Assembly (NCBI GenBank): GCA_965204445.1
Contig: OZ241992.1
Coordinates: 2,369,773 to 2,433,772 of the forward strand
Length of the DNA: 64,000 nt
Reading direction: 5' to 3'
DNA from: Dehalococcoidia bacterium
GTDB taxonomy: Bacteria > Chloroflexota > Dehalococcoidia > Lucifugimonadales > JADFKI01
The notes under the pieces are model-generated. The model searched no databases, was not told the origin of the DNA, and worked only from the letters and a program-made list of their open reading frames with translations. A program made the translations under genes and the position numbers. Below, in pieces: positions 17,583-25,492 of this stretch (position 1 is the stretch's first letter; each line of letters starts with the position of its first letter).

Positions 17583-18418
17583 GGTATTCTTAGTGGTGAG
17601 TGGTATTGAGTTTGAGCTTGGCGCAGAAGACTAGCGCAAGCAGACTCACCAGCATCTCCACGCTCTTTGCGCAGCCTTTGTCCGACGAACTAACCGATTC
17701 AACTTCCCGCGCAGCATCGAATGCAATCCTTCATTCCAGTTCACCGTCCCGTACCTCCCAACCACATGCTTGTTGACCGGCAGCGCCCCGTACATTCCGT
17801 ATGCGTCGGTCTCGTAGCGCTCCGCATCCGGCAGACGCTCCAGCAACCGCAAGAAAGTGGCTTCGTCCCTGCCCCCCACCTCAAAGTCTATCCACCTGCT
17901 CACGTCGCGCTCTTCCACCACCGCTGTCCACACCCACAGATCGTTGCGCTTTTCTTCTCTTCTAGCGCCCAAGTATGTCCACATTTCGTCAAGCGCTATC
18001 GTCAACGCAGCGATTGTCGCAGCCCGCCCGCTTGCGCGCCACGCGCTTATTGCGCGCATCCGTTCAAGCGCTATCGCCCCCCTTTTTTGACCCAGCCACT
18101 CACCGATGCAGCGCTTGCGCCCACTACGCGCGCCGCCGCCGATATGCTCGCGCCCTCTATGCGCATCTGAACCGCCTGCCGCCTGGTCTGCTCCGGGAAG
18201 CGCGGCCGCGCTGCGTCCGCCGTGTACTTCCGCTTGCAATCCCCGCACTTGTACACTTGCCTGCCGCGTGTGTGTCCGTCTTTGGGCATCCAATTGGAGC
18301 CGCAGTGGCGGCATCTAACATCGTGTCGATATGACCGCTCGCGCGCCATTAGATCGCATCCTAGATAGTAGTGGTCTGAGTGCCATTATATCTAATGCCA
18401 CTCGATTTTGTGAATACC
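17583..18418. mobile_element. IS1-family insertion sequence
   Basis: Imperfect terminal inverted repeats: GGTATTCTTAGTGGTGAGTGGTATT (17583-17607) against the reverse complement of 18394-18418, GGTATTCACAAAATCGAGTGGCATT (17/25). The internal gene organisation is InsA/InsB-like. Confidence 0.75.
17646..18349 (-). CDS. IS1-family transposase InsAB' (InsA 18071-18349; fusion by -1 frameshift)
   Basis: InsA-like zinc finger 'CRHCGSNWMPKDG...YKCGDCKRKY' plus an HTH. The slippery motif TCAAAAAAGGG (T-run at 18083-18088 on the plus strand) lies exactly where the -1 frame 'KRGAIALERMR...DEMWTY...' opens. Confidence 0.8.
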
Positions 18419-18564
18419 GTATTATCAGCACGTACAGGTGTGATAGATAGGGCAGTACGATAATTCGGACGCATCCAAGCGCGGCGGGAACGGCGCATAA
18501 AAAGGGGCAAAACGCATAGGCAGCTTCACAACCAAAGTGCGTATAAGCGTGGAGTTGAGAAATC

Positions 18565-18729
18565 CGTTGCTATTCACGCTGACAGACGGCGCGAAGCATG
18601 ACGACTCACAGGCGTGAGTAGATGGAGAGTCTCATAAGCAAGATGAAGCGTCGTTACGCGATACGATGAATTGGCGCAACGCTATCCGGCTTTATCCAGA
18701 TTGTGAGCTCACTTATATGGCTACGATGA
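18565..18729 (+). pseudogene. IS5-family transposase C-terminal remnant
   Basis: Frame-broken translation '...LTDGAKHDDSQA', 'ESLISKMKRRYAIR', 'TRYDELAQRYPA' and 'IVSSLIWLR*' resembles the conserved IS5-family C-terminus (..LADKGYDS.., ..RIATRYDKLA.., ..IRLWLR). It is internally deleted and frameshifted. Confidence 0.55.
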
Positions 18730-18881
18730 TTTGCCAACACAACTCGGAATTCCTCTGTTCTTATGATTTGAGCGCTCTTCTCTGGATTTTCGCTCAACAG
18801 CTTCGTTTGCTGCAAAAATCAATTTGGCCCCCCCCCCGTAAAGAGAAGCGCAAGCGCAACGTTGGTTGACGCGCCGCAGAG
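18721..18881 (-). other. start-less partial duplicate of the upstream membrane-protein gene, containing a G10 run
   Basis: This stretch lies directly after, and in frame with, the stop of ORF 18882-19325. It reads 'LCGASTNVALALLFTGGGAKLIFAANEAVERKSREER...', compared with 'TTVLYGGAKLIFAAKEAVEKKAEQ' in the parent gene. The homopolymer is at 18828-18837. Confidence 0.6.
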
Positions 18882-19325
18882 CTACGCATCGCCTCTATCG
18901 TCTTCGTCGCTCAGTATGCGCGCAAGCTCAGGGGTAAGGTTGCCGCTCTGCTCGAGTTGCGCGCGTATGCGCATGCGCTCTTCAGCGCGCCCTTTGGCTT
19001 GACCCTCTTCGATGCCCTGTGCGCGTCCCTTTTGCTCTGCCTTCTTTTCAACGGCTTCTTTTGCTGCGAAAATCAATTTTGCGCCTCCGTAAAGCACGGT
19101 TGTTGTGGGGAATAGCAGCAACGTCGCCAGTATAATGACGCCGGCTTCCTGTTCTGTCAAACTCTTGAGCAGACGAATGCACCACAGATCAGCACAGACG
19201 TTGCCGCATCCGTTTATCAGCACTGCTACCAGCATACTGGCGCTGATTGCCGATGAGCCGTCAAAGAAGCGCCACAAGGTTCGGTTGTCTCCCATAGCAA
19301 CGCCACCGTAGGTTTCGCTTGCCAT
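18882..19325 (-). CDS. hypothetical small membrane protein
   Basis: 147 aa with two hydrophobic segments and a charged Lys/Glu/Arg-rich C-terminus. It lies downstream of the NHL gene on the same strand. Confidence 0.55.
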   Translation of the reverse strand: MASETYGGVAMGDNRTLWRFFDGSSAISASMLVAVLINGCGNVCADLWCIRLLKSLTEQEAGVIILATLLLFPTTTVLYGGAKLIFAAKEAVEKKAEQKGRAQGIEEGQAKGRAEERMRIRAQLEQSGNLTPELARILSDEDDRGDA

Positions 19326-19395
19326 GGGAAACTGCGGAAACTGCGGAACATGCTGTCAGTCCGCCCCGGAAGCGAGCGCGCCGATTGCCGCAGGC

Positions 19396-20430
19396 TTACA
19401 GGTTGAACTGGGGCTCCATGTAGTCGTTCACCTTGTTGTATATCTGCAAGCGCCCGCGCTGCGTGTCTGCGACCAATAGGCGAGACTTGGCGGCGTCGAA
19501 GGTTACGGCTGTGGGCATTGCGAAGCGCCATTCGGGTTCGAGCGTGTACACGCGGCGGCGCGCCTTAATTACATCCACGTTGGCGTCCACCTGCTCTTGG
19601 TGCCACTTGGCGAGCTGCTGCGCGTCCCCGACGAGGCTGGCGAGGAATCTGCCGTCTGCAGCGAATACCTGCACGCGGTCGTTGCCCCAATCGCATACAT
19701 ACACATCGCCGTCCGGGTCGACCGCGACGTCGCTGGGGCGGTTGAGTTGTCCCCTGCCTTTGCCGTATTTGCCGAATGCCGCGACGAAATCGCCGTCTGC
19801 GTCAAATTTCTGGACGCGGTGATTCTTGTGGTCGGCGACATATACGCAGTCGTCGGCGTCGCAGGCGATGCCCCACGGGGCGTTGAATTCGCCTTCGTCC
19901 GATCCGAATCCTCCGAACTGCGATATGTACTCGCCGTCCCTGTTGAACTTCTGGACGCGGTGGTTCAGGCTGTCCACAACATAGACGTCGTCGTTGGAGT
20001 CGAGCGCGATGCCAGAAGGGCGGTTCAGCTCGCCATCGCCGTCGCCGGCTGTGCCCCATACGCCAAGCAGTTCGCCGTCCTTGTCGAATACGCTGACGCG
20101 GTTCATCCACTCGTCGGTGATGTACAGGTTTTCGTCGGAGTCGAGCGCAAGCCCGGCGGGCCATATGAGCTCGCCCTCTGCGTCGCCGTACTTGCTTATG
20201 CGGCCGAGGAACTCTTCGTCGTACGGCGCGGTTGGCACGGTGAACTTGTTGAGCTGGGCTGCGGTGGCGGTCTTGTTCCAGGGGACATCCAGTATCTGTT
20301 CGTACTGGCGGCTCAGCACATAGACCATATCGCCTTCGCCCACGGCGACATTTATCGGCTGGGGCATGTACAGCCCCCCGACGGCGTGGCTGAAATCAAA
20401 GGTGCGGCCTGCCGCTACGGTGGTCAGCAT
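19396..20430 (-). CDS. NHL-repeat beta-propeller protein (copy 1)
   Basis: About six repeats of 'G.F..P.GIA.D....VYV.D..N.RVQ.F'. The start is set at the internal ATG 20430 ('MLTTVAAGR'), preceded by GAGAGAGG. The longer ORF would run into the upstream gene. Confidence 0.85.
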   Translation of the reverse strand: MLTTVAAGRTFDFSHAVGGLYMPQPINVAVGEGDMVYVLSRQYEQILDVPWNKTATAAQLNKFTVPTAPYDEEFLGRISKYGDAEGELIWPAGLALDSDENLYITDEWMNRVSVFDKDGELLGVWGTAGDGDGELNRPSGIALDSNDDVYVVDSLNHRVQKFNRDGEYISQFGGFGSDEGEFNAPWGIACDADDCVYVADHKNHRVQKFDADGDFVAAFGKYGKGRGQLNRPSDVAVDPDGDVYVCDWGNDRVQVFAADGRFLASLVGDAQQLAKWHQEQVDANVDVIKARRRVYTLEPEWRFAMPTAVTFDAAKSRLLVADTQRGRLQIYNKVNDYMEPQFNL

Positions 20431-20551
20431 AGTTTTGCCTCTCTCTGTGCATGATTGGGTATGTATAGGCGGCGGGTTCGGCAATTCTGTCGAACGCCAG
20501 CGCTGCCCCCGCCGAGATTGTCGGAAGCGGCGGGGACAGAAAGGCTTTCGG

Positions 20552-21685
20552 TTAGTTTGCGATGAAGCCAACCTTCTCGAAGTCGCCGCCCACGATGGGC
20601 TTTGCGTCCATCTTCATCCAGTCTTCCACGATGGTGGAATAGACGCTGCGAAAGTCTAGGGAAGGCACAACATCGCCCTGCTCTAGGTCTTCAGCGCGCA
20701 GGGACGGGTAGTCGTTGTACTGCCCGCCGTTGACCTGGTCGCCTATGACAAGCACAGCCCCCGCCGCGCCGTGGTCGGTGCCGGAGCCGTTGTCGTGCGT
20801 GCGCCTGCCGAACTCGGAGAACAGCAGCATTATGACGTTGTCGGAGGCGTCGTGCGCGCGCAGGTCGTCGAAGAAGTCGTTGACGGCGGTGGAGAGGTCG
20901 TCCCACAGCGCCGAAAGCATATTGGGCTGGCCGGCGTGCGAGTCGAAGCTTCCGTGGTCGCAGTAGAACACGCGCGTTCCCAAATCCGCCATATGCACCT
21001 GCGCTATGCCCTTGAGCTTCTTGGCGAGCGTGGTGTCGGCGTACTCCACATCGGAGGAGTAGCGTTCCGGCGCAACCTTCAGGATGTCCGCGCCCTGCAG
21101 GGCGTCCAAACCCGTCTGTCCGAGAAATTCCATCACCGGGCCTCTGCCGATTGCCTGTCCGTATAGGCGCGAGAAGCGGTTCAGTATCTTTTGGCGCTGC
21201 TCTTCGGCGCTGATGCCGGGCATCAAGCCGTAGTTGTTCAGGTCTTCCACGCACGCCACCGGCACGCCCGGCACCGCCATAGCGCGGAACATGCTGGGGC
21301 CGAAGCTTACGCCGGTTACCACATTCTCTTTGCGCGGGTCGATCTCTTGGATGACCTTGCCGAGCCAGCCCTCTGTGCCTACGTCGTCCGGCTCGCAGGT
21401 GTGCCAGATGTCCATAGAGCGAAAGTGAGAGCGCGGCGAGTTTTCGTAGCCCACGCCGTTGATGATGGCGACGTTGCCCTGATTGTACATATCGCGGATT
21501 GCGCCCATCTGCGGATGCAGCCCTATCTTGTCGTCAAGGTGAAGCACCTGCTCTTGGGGAATGCCGACCGTGGGGCGGTTGTCGTAGTAGAGTTCGTCGT
21601 TGTACGGGATGACGGTGTTGAGATAGTCGTTGCCGCCCGAAAGCTGAACAACAACCACAACCGGATCTTTCTGCGCGGTGGTCAT
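20552..21685 (-). CDS. DUF1501-family (sulfatase/phosphatase-fold) protein (copy 1)
   Basis: 'VVVQLSGGNDYLN', 'RSHFRSMDIWHT' and 'FSEFGRRTHDNGSGTDHG' are DUF1501 hallmarks. No Tat or signal peptide is visible. GGAAGGAG RBS. Confidence 0.8.
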   Translation of the reverse strand: MTTAQKDPVVVVVQLSGGNDYLNTVIPYNDELYYDNRPTVGIPQEQVLHLDDKIGLHPQMGAIRDMYNQGNVAIINGVGYENSPRSHFRSMDIWHTCEPDDVGTEGWLGKVIQEIDPRKENVVTGVSFGPSMFRAMAVPGVPVACVEDLNNYGLMPGISAEEQRQKILNRFSRLYGQAIGRGPVMEFLGQTGLDALQGADILKVAPERYSSDVEYADTTLAKKLKGIAQVHMADLGTRVFYCDHGSFDSHAGQPNMLSALWDDLSTAVNDFFDDLRAHDASDNVIMLLFSEFGRRTHDNGSGTDHGAAGAVLVIGDQVNGGQYNDYPSLRAEDLEQGDVVPSLDFRSVYSTIVEDWMKMDAKPIVGGDFEKVGFIAN

Positions 21686-21775
21686 TTTGCTGCTCCTTCC
21701 CAGTTTTAATTTTTGGTGTATCTATCGGATGTAGAAATCGGATTGGCGTTTGATTGATTGCGTTGAAAGCGCGGC

Positions 21776-23590
21776 TTAATCGTCCATGGATGGCTGATAG
21801 CCGCGTCGAAACAGGTAGTCCATATGAAAGCGATGCGCTCGGTCTTCCATCTCCGCCAAATCAACAAGCGCGCCCATCGTGTCGACCAGCATTTCGCCGG
21901 CGTCCGCTATCTGAACGCGGTAGTCGGCGAGGTGGATGCGCTGATTGCCTTTGCGGATGTTGTGCGTGGGGCAGAGCGGCGCGCGGTTCCATATCTGATT
22001 GGAGCCGCGCTTGGACTTAGGATCCACATGGTCAAGATGGAAGTTGTTGGTAGTTTCCACAATGCTGCCGTCCGGGCGGCGGTTGGCGAAGCCGCAGCAC
22101 CACGCCATATAGCCCGACCACTCCAACAGCGTTTCAAGCATTGCCGCATTTGGAATATCGCTTGCCGGCACTTTGAACTCGCGCTCCGGCAATGCGAACT
22201 CTTTCGGGGCGGCGTCGACGATGGGCGTTGCGCGGACGGGCAATTCGTCGGGGCCGTGAACGGTTACCGTCTTGTCTTTGGTGAGCGCCGCCTGTCCGGT
22301 AACTTCGTCTTCGCAGTCGAGAACGATGAGCCGGGGCTTGTTGAACTGGCGCTTGAACACCGTCCACGCGCGCGGGTTGAAGTCGCACGCCACCCAGCGG
22401 CGGTTGAGGCGCTCGGCGGCGACGCCAGCGTATGCGCAGCCCGCAAAGCAGTCTAGCACTACATCGCCTTCATTCGTGCTTGCCTGGATGATGCGTTCCG
22501 CAAGCGCAACAGGCTTTTGCGTGGGGTAGCCGGTGCGCTCTATCGCGCGCGAACCAACCGGCTTTATATCGTCCCACAGGTTGCCCGGAACCTGCCCAAG
22601 GTTTGCGTCCAAGTAGCGCTTTAAGCCGGGCACGCCCCCCTCTTCCGGATGATGAATCAATCCCGCCGCATCCAGTGCGTCAAGTCTCGCTATTACCCCT
22701 TGGATGCTCTTGTATCCCGGGATTACATTAGCCTCTATCCAATCGGCGTAGTTCCCGGTTAGAGGGATTGCCCAGTGGCGTCCACTTCGCGCCGGAATAT
22801 GACCTTTCCACGGCTGCCCGCTTTCACCTCGCGACGTCTCTGCGCCGGTTAAATCGCCTACTCGATACCTGCCGCGCTCATCTTGGTAGCGATAGAACCT
22901 TCTGACATATTCCTCGCTCAGCGGCACCCTAACTGCGTCCGTGTTTATATTATCCTTGCCGCTGTAGAATTGTATGAAGTCTATGACGTTGCCAAATCGC
23001 CGCGCGTCGTTGTGGGCGGATGTGCGCCGCCACACGATTTTGTCGCGAGATTTGTCCTCGCCAAAGATAGCGTCCAGCAGCAAATGCAGATATGAGTCCG
23101 CGGTATGATCGCAGTGCAGATACAGGCTGCCGGTCGGCTTCAGAACCCTGTGAATTTCAATCAGCCGAATAGCCATGTAGCACAAGTACGCCGCCATGCC
23201 GTCGCTGTGGACAATCCGAGTTGCGTCTATCAGGCTGTATATGGCGGGATAGTCCGTTTCTAGGCTTTCGACCCAGTCTTCGTGAATGTCCGCTTCCCAG
23301 GACCATATATCGGTGTAGCCGCCGCGCGTTATGCCTTCCGGCCAAGTTAGCCCCTTGGCGTCGGCTTCTTGGGCGGTGTTTATGCCCCAGCTTGAGAGCA
23401 GACGCCGCTCTATCGCCAGCTCCGAATCGGTGAGCGGGGGCCTTATCCTATCACCAGTGAAAGTTTCGTTCTTGGCAAACGGCGGGTCGATGCACACAAG
23501 GTCGATGCACTCGTCGTTGAGCGCGCGCAGAAACGCTAGGTTGTCTGCGATATAGACGCCTCTGTTGACTGCATTGAAAGCGTTGGGCAT
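21776..23590 (-). CDS. DNA methyltransferase (N4/N6, beta-class)-HNH endonuclease fusion, intact
   Basis: 604 aa. Motif IV 'DLVCIDPPF', 'LKPTGSLYLHCD', motif I 'VVLDCFAGCAYAGVAA' and C-terminal HNH 'HLDHVDPKSKRGSNQIWNRAPLCPTHNIRKGN'. Confidence 0.85.
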   Translation of the reverse strand: MPNAFNAVNRGVYIADNLAFLRALNDECIDLVCIDPPFAKNETFTGDRIRPPLTDSELAIERRLLSSWGINTAQEADAKGLTWPEGITRGGYTDIWSWEADIHEDWVESLETDYPAIYSLIDATRIVHSDGMAAYLCYMAIRLIEIHRVLKPTGSLYLHCDHTADSYLHLLLDAIFGEDKSRDKIVWRRTSAHNDARRFGNVIDFIQFYSGKDNINTDAVRVPLSEEYVRRFYRYQDERGRYRVGDLTGAETSRGESGQPWKGHIPARSGRHWAIPLTGNYADWIEANVIPGYKSIQGVIARLDALDAAGLIHHPEEGGVPGLKRYLDANLGQVPGNLWDDIKPVGSRAIERTGYPTQKPVALAERIIQASTNEGDVVLDCFAGCAYAGVAAERLNRRWVACDFNPRAWTVFKRQFNKPRLIVLDCEDEVTGQAALTKDKTVTVHGPDELPVRATPIVDAAPKEFALPEREFKVPASDIPNAAMLETLLEWSGYMAWCCGFANRRPDGSIVETTNNFHLDHVDPKSKRGSNQIWNRAPLCPTHNIRKGNQRIHLADYRVQIADAGEMLVDTMGALVDLAEMEDRAHRFHMDYLFRRGYQPSMDD

Positions 23591-23699
23591 TGCCGTTGTC
23601 TCTGTAAGATAAGTTGGCTTGCAGGGAAGTTCTTGCGCTATCCAATCATAGGAATAGCCGAGAACTCCCCCGCAAGTGTCCGTCTAGTGCGCCGCGGCG

Positions 23700-25097
23700 C
23701 TATGCGTACTGATAGTCCCGGAGCGATACGATGAGCTGCAGCATTTCGCTGATCCGCATCGCGGCGAAGTCGGCATCGCCCCAAGTCAGGCTGCAGTCTA
23801 TGGCGGCGTGGTCTATAAGTTCCTGGCGCGTCTTGGGGTCGAGGTCGAGGGGACCCATCAGGTCGAGGCAGGTGTCCACGAACTCGTCGGGCGCAAGCTC
23901 GCCGGCGTCCTGGACTTTGCCCACGATTGTCTGCACGCCCGGCAGCGAGGTGTCGCCCACCAGGTCGGCCACGAAGTTGATGCGGCGCATAAGCGAGCCG
24001 CTGTTGATCCACTCGCGCCCGGTGTGCCAGCCCTCTACACTGGGCGGGTTCAGCACTTCCTGCCCCATGTATCCCATCTGCCTGCCGAGGTTGCCGATGC
24101 CGGGCGCGGGGAATTCGTGTCCGCCCACGAAGCGCAGCGTGTTGACCACAACCTCGACCGGGCTCTTGATGCGGGTGAAGCGCGCCTCTTTGAAGAAGTC
24201 GGAGTTGAACAGCACGCGCAGCACGGAGCGCATATCGTATTCGGACTCCACGAAGGCGTCCGCGAGCGTCTGAATGGCGTCGGGATCGCCGGGCGCGACG
24301 CGCTGCCATGCGGGCACCTGCGCTTCGTCCGCTACGAAGAAGTTGTACAGGTGGCGCGCCACGAAGCGCGATGTGGCGGGCTGACTGCAGATGATGTCTA
24401 TGATGTCTTCGCCGTTGAAGTTGCCCGTGTAGCCGAGGAACGACTTTTCGCCTTCGTCGTGGTCGTCGTCGCGGTACTCGAACGACCAGTCGAAGCGTCC
24501 CATCGGAAAGCGCGGGAGCTTAGGCGTAATCGTCCAGCCGGTAAAGGCGCGCGAACACTCGAACACATCGGTTTCGGTGTAGTTGCCCACGCCCATGCTG
24601 AACAGCTCCAGCAGTTCGCGGCCCCAGTTTTCGTTGGGCGCGTCGGCGTGATTTTCGTTGTTGTCGAGCCAGTAGATCATCGCGGGGTTTTGGGCGACTT
24701 CCATCAGTATTCGCTTGTAGCTGCCCATGCCCTTTTCGCGCAGCATGTCCACCATATCCAGGATTTCGTCCCAGTGGTCGACCTTGGATACGCCGGTGGC
24801 GAATATGCCGTGCCAGAAGATAGCCATCTTTTCTTGGAGCGGCGCTTTGGTGTTGACCATATGGTAAAGCCAAGTGGCGTGGCCGGTGCCTTGTATGGTG
24901 CCGGGCTTCCACGACCACGGGTGATAGCGCAGAAGCTCATACCTGTCGACCGGGGGCTGCGCTTCGGGGTTCAGCAGTTCCTCTACGGTGGCTTCGTAGC
25001 CATTGGCGACGTACGCCTCCAGTTCGTCGTGCGTCGCTCCGAATCCGGCGCGGCGCATCAGGTGCGCCATCAGCGCAATGTCATCTCGGTGGGACAT
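23700..25097 (-). CDS. DUF1800-family protein (copy 1)
   Basis: 'LMRRAGFGAT' and 'MAIFWHGIFATG' are DUF1800 hallmarks. The ATG at 25097 lies 7 nt after AGGAGG. Confidence 0.8.
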   Translation of the reverse strand: MSHRDDIALMAHLMRRAGFGATHDELEAYVANGYEATVEELLNPEAQPPVDRYELLRYHPWSWKPGTIQGTGHATWLYHMVNTKAPLQEKMAIFWHGIFATGVSKVDHWDEILDMVDMLREKGMGSYKRILMEVAQNPAMIYWLDNNENHADAPNENWGRELLELFSMGVGNYTETDVFECSRAFTGWTITPKLPRFPMGRFDWSFEYRDDDHDEGEKSFLGYTGNFNGEDIIDIICSQPATSRFVARHLYNFFVADEAQVPAWQRVAPGDPDAIQTLADAFVESEYDMRSVLRVLFNSDFFKEARFTRIKSPVEVVVNTLRFVGGHEFPAPGIGNLGRQMGYMGQEVLNPPSVEGWHTGREWINSGSLMRRINFVADLVGDTSLPGVQTIVGKVQDAGELAPDEFVDTCLDLMGPLDLDPKTRQELIDHAAIDCSLTWGDADFAAMRISEMLQLIVSLRDYQYA

Positions 25098-25395
25098 CAA
25101 TCTGCCTCCTATCTCTATCGTTCACGCCCAATCCAGGGCAGCCTCAGTAGCATATACCACCTAGCGATATGCCCGATATAATCAGCAAATCGCCGGCACA
25201 GAATTAGCCGAATCGTATTTTGTCAAGTATATGAACCAGCGGCGTCTATGTCAAACGCCTCAGCGGGCGCAAAGCGGGGCGGTTTTCGGCGAACCAAACG
25301 GCGGGCCGCTGTCTCAATTATGGCAGATTAGCGGCGCAGATCGACGCAGTTAGTAAGCGCGCGGAAGCGGCGTCCGTTAGAGGGGATGAACGCAA

Positions 25396-25423
25396 ACGGC
25401 GTTTCCTTATTGGGAAACGCCGT
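25396..25423 (-). terminator. intrinsic-terminator-like hairpin downstream of the RCC1-repeat gene
   Basis: Perfect 11-bp stem ACGGCGTTTCC / GGAAACGCCGT with a 6-nt loop, followed on the minus strand by TTTGCGTT. A second imperfect hairpin lies at about 25446-25488. Confidence 0.6.
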
Positions 25424-25492
25424 CAAGCGCAGTAATAGGTGTAGGCGCTGCCCTTCCTCCGCAAAGAACTGCAGGGGGAAGAGCAGCGTTCA

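Noticed and set aside
17575-18430. Target-site duplication for the IS1 element
   Set aside because: The bases left of 17583 (CTCGAAAC) and right of 18418 (GTATTATC) do not match. Either the ends are mis-set or the flank was rearranged, so no TSD is claimed.
19396-20571. N-terminally extended versions of several ORFs (19396-20571, 2645-3670, 35121-36272, 37292-38500, 46880-49489, 50984-52177, 53816-55009)
   Set aside because: The extensions are Arg-rich, overlap upstream genes or lack an RBS. The internal starts have Shine-Dalgarno sequences and give N-termini collinear with paralogues or with family-typical starts.
21686-21775. IS6-like inverted repeats or a target duplication flanking the intact methylase-HNH gene
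   Set aside because: Neither flank (21686-21775 or 23591-23699) contains CTGTTACATTT-like termini or matching direct repeats. Only an imperfect hairpin is present at about 23643-23690.
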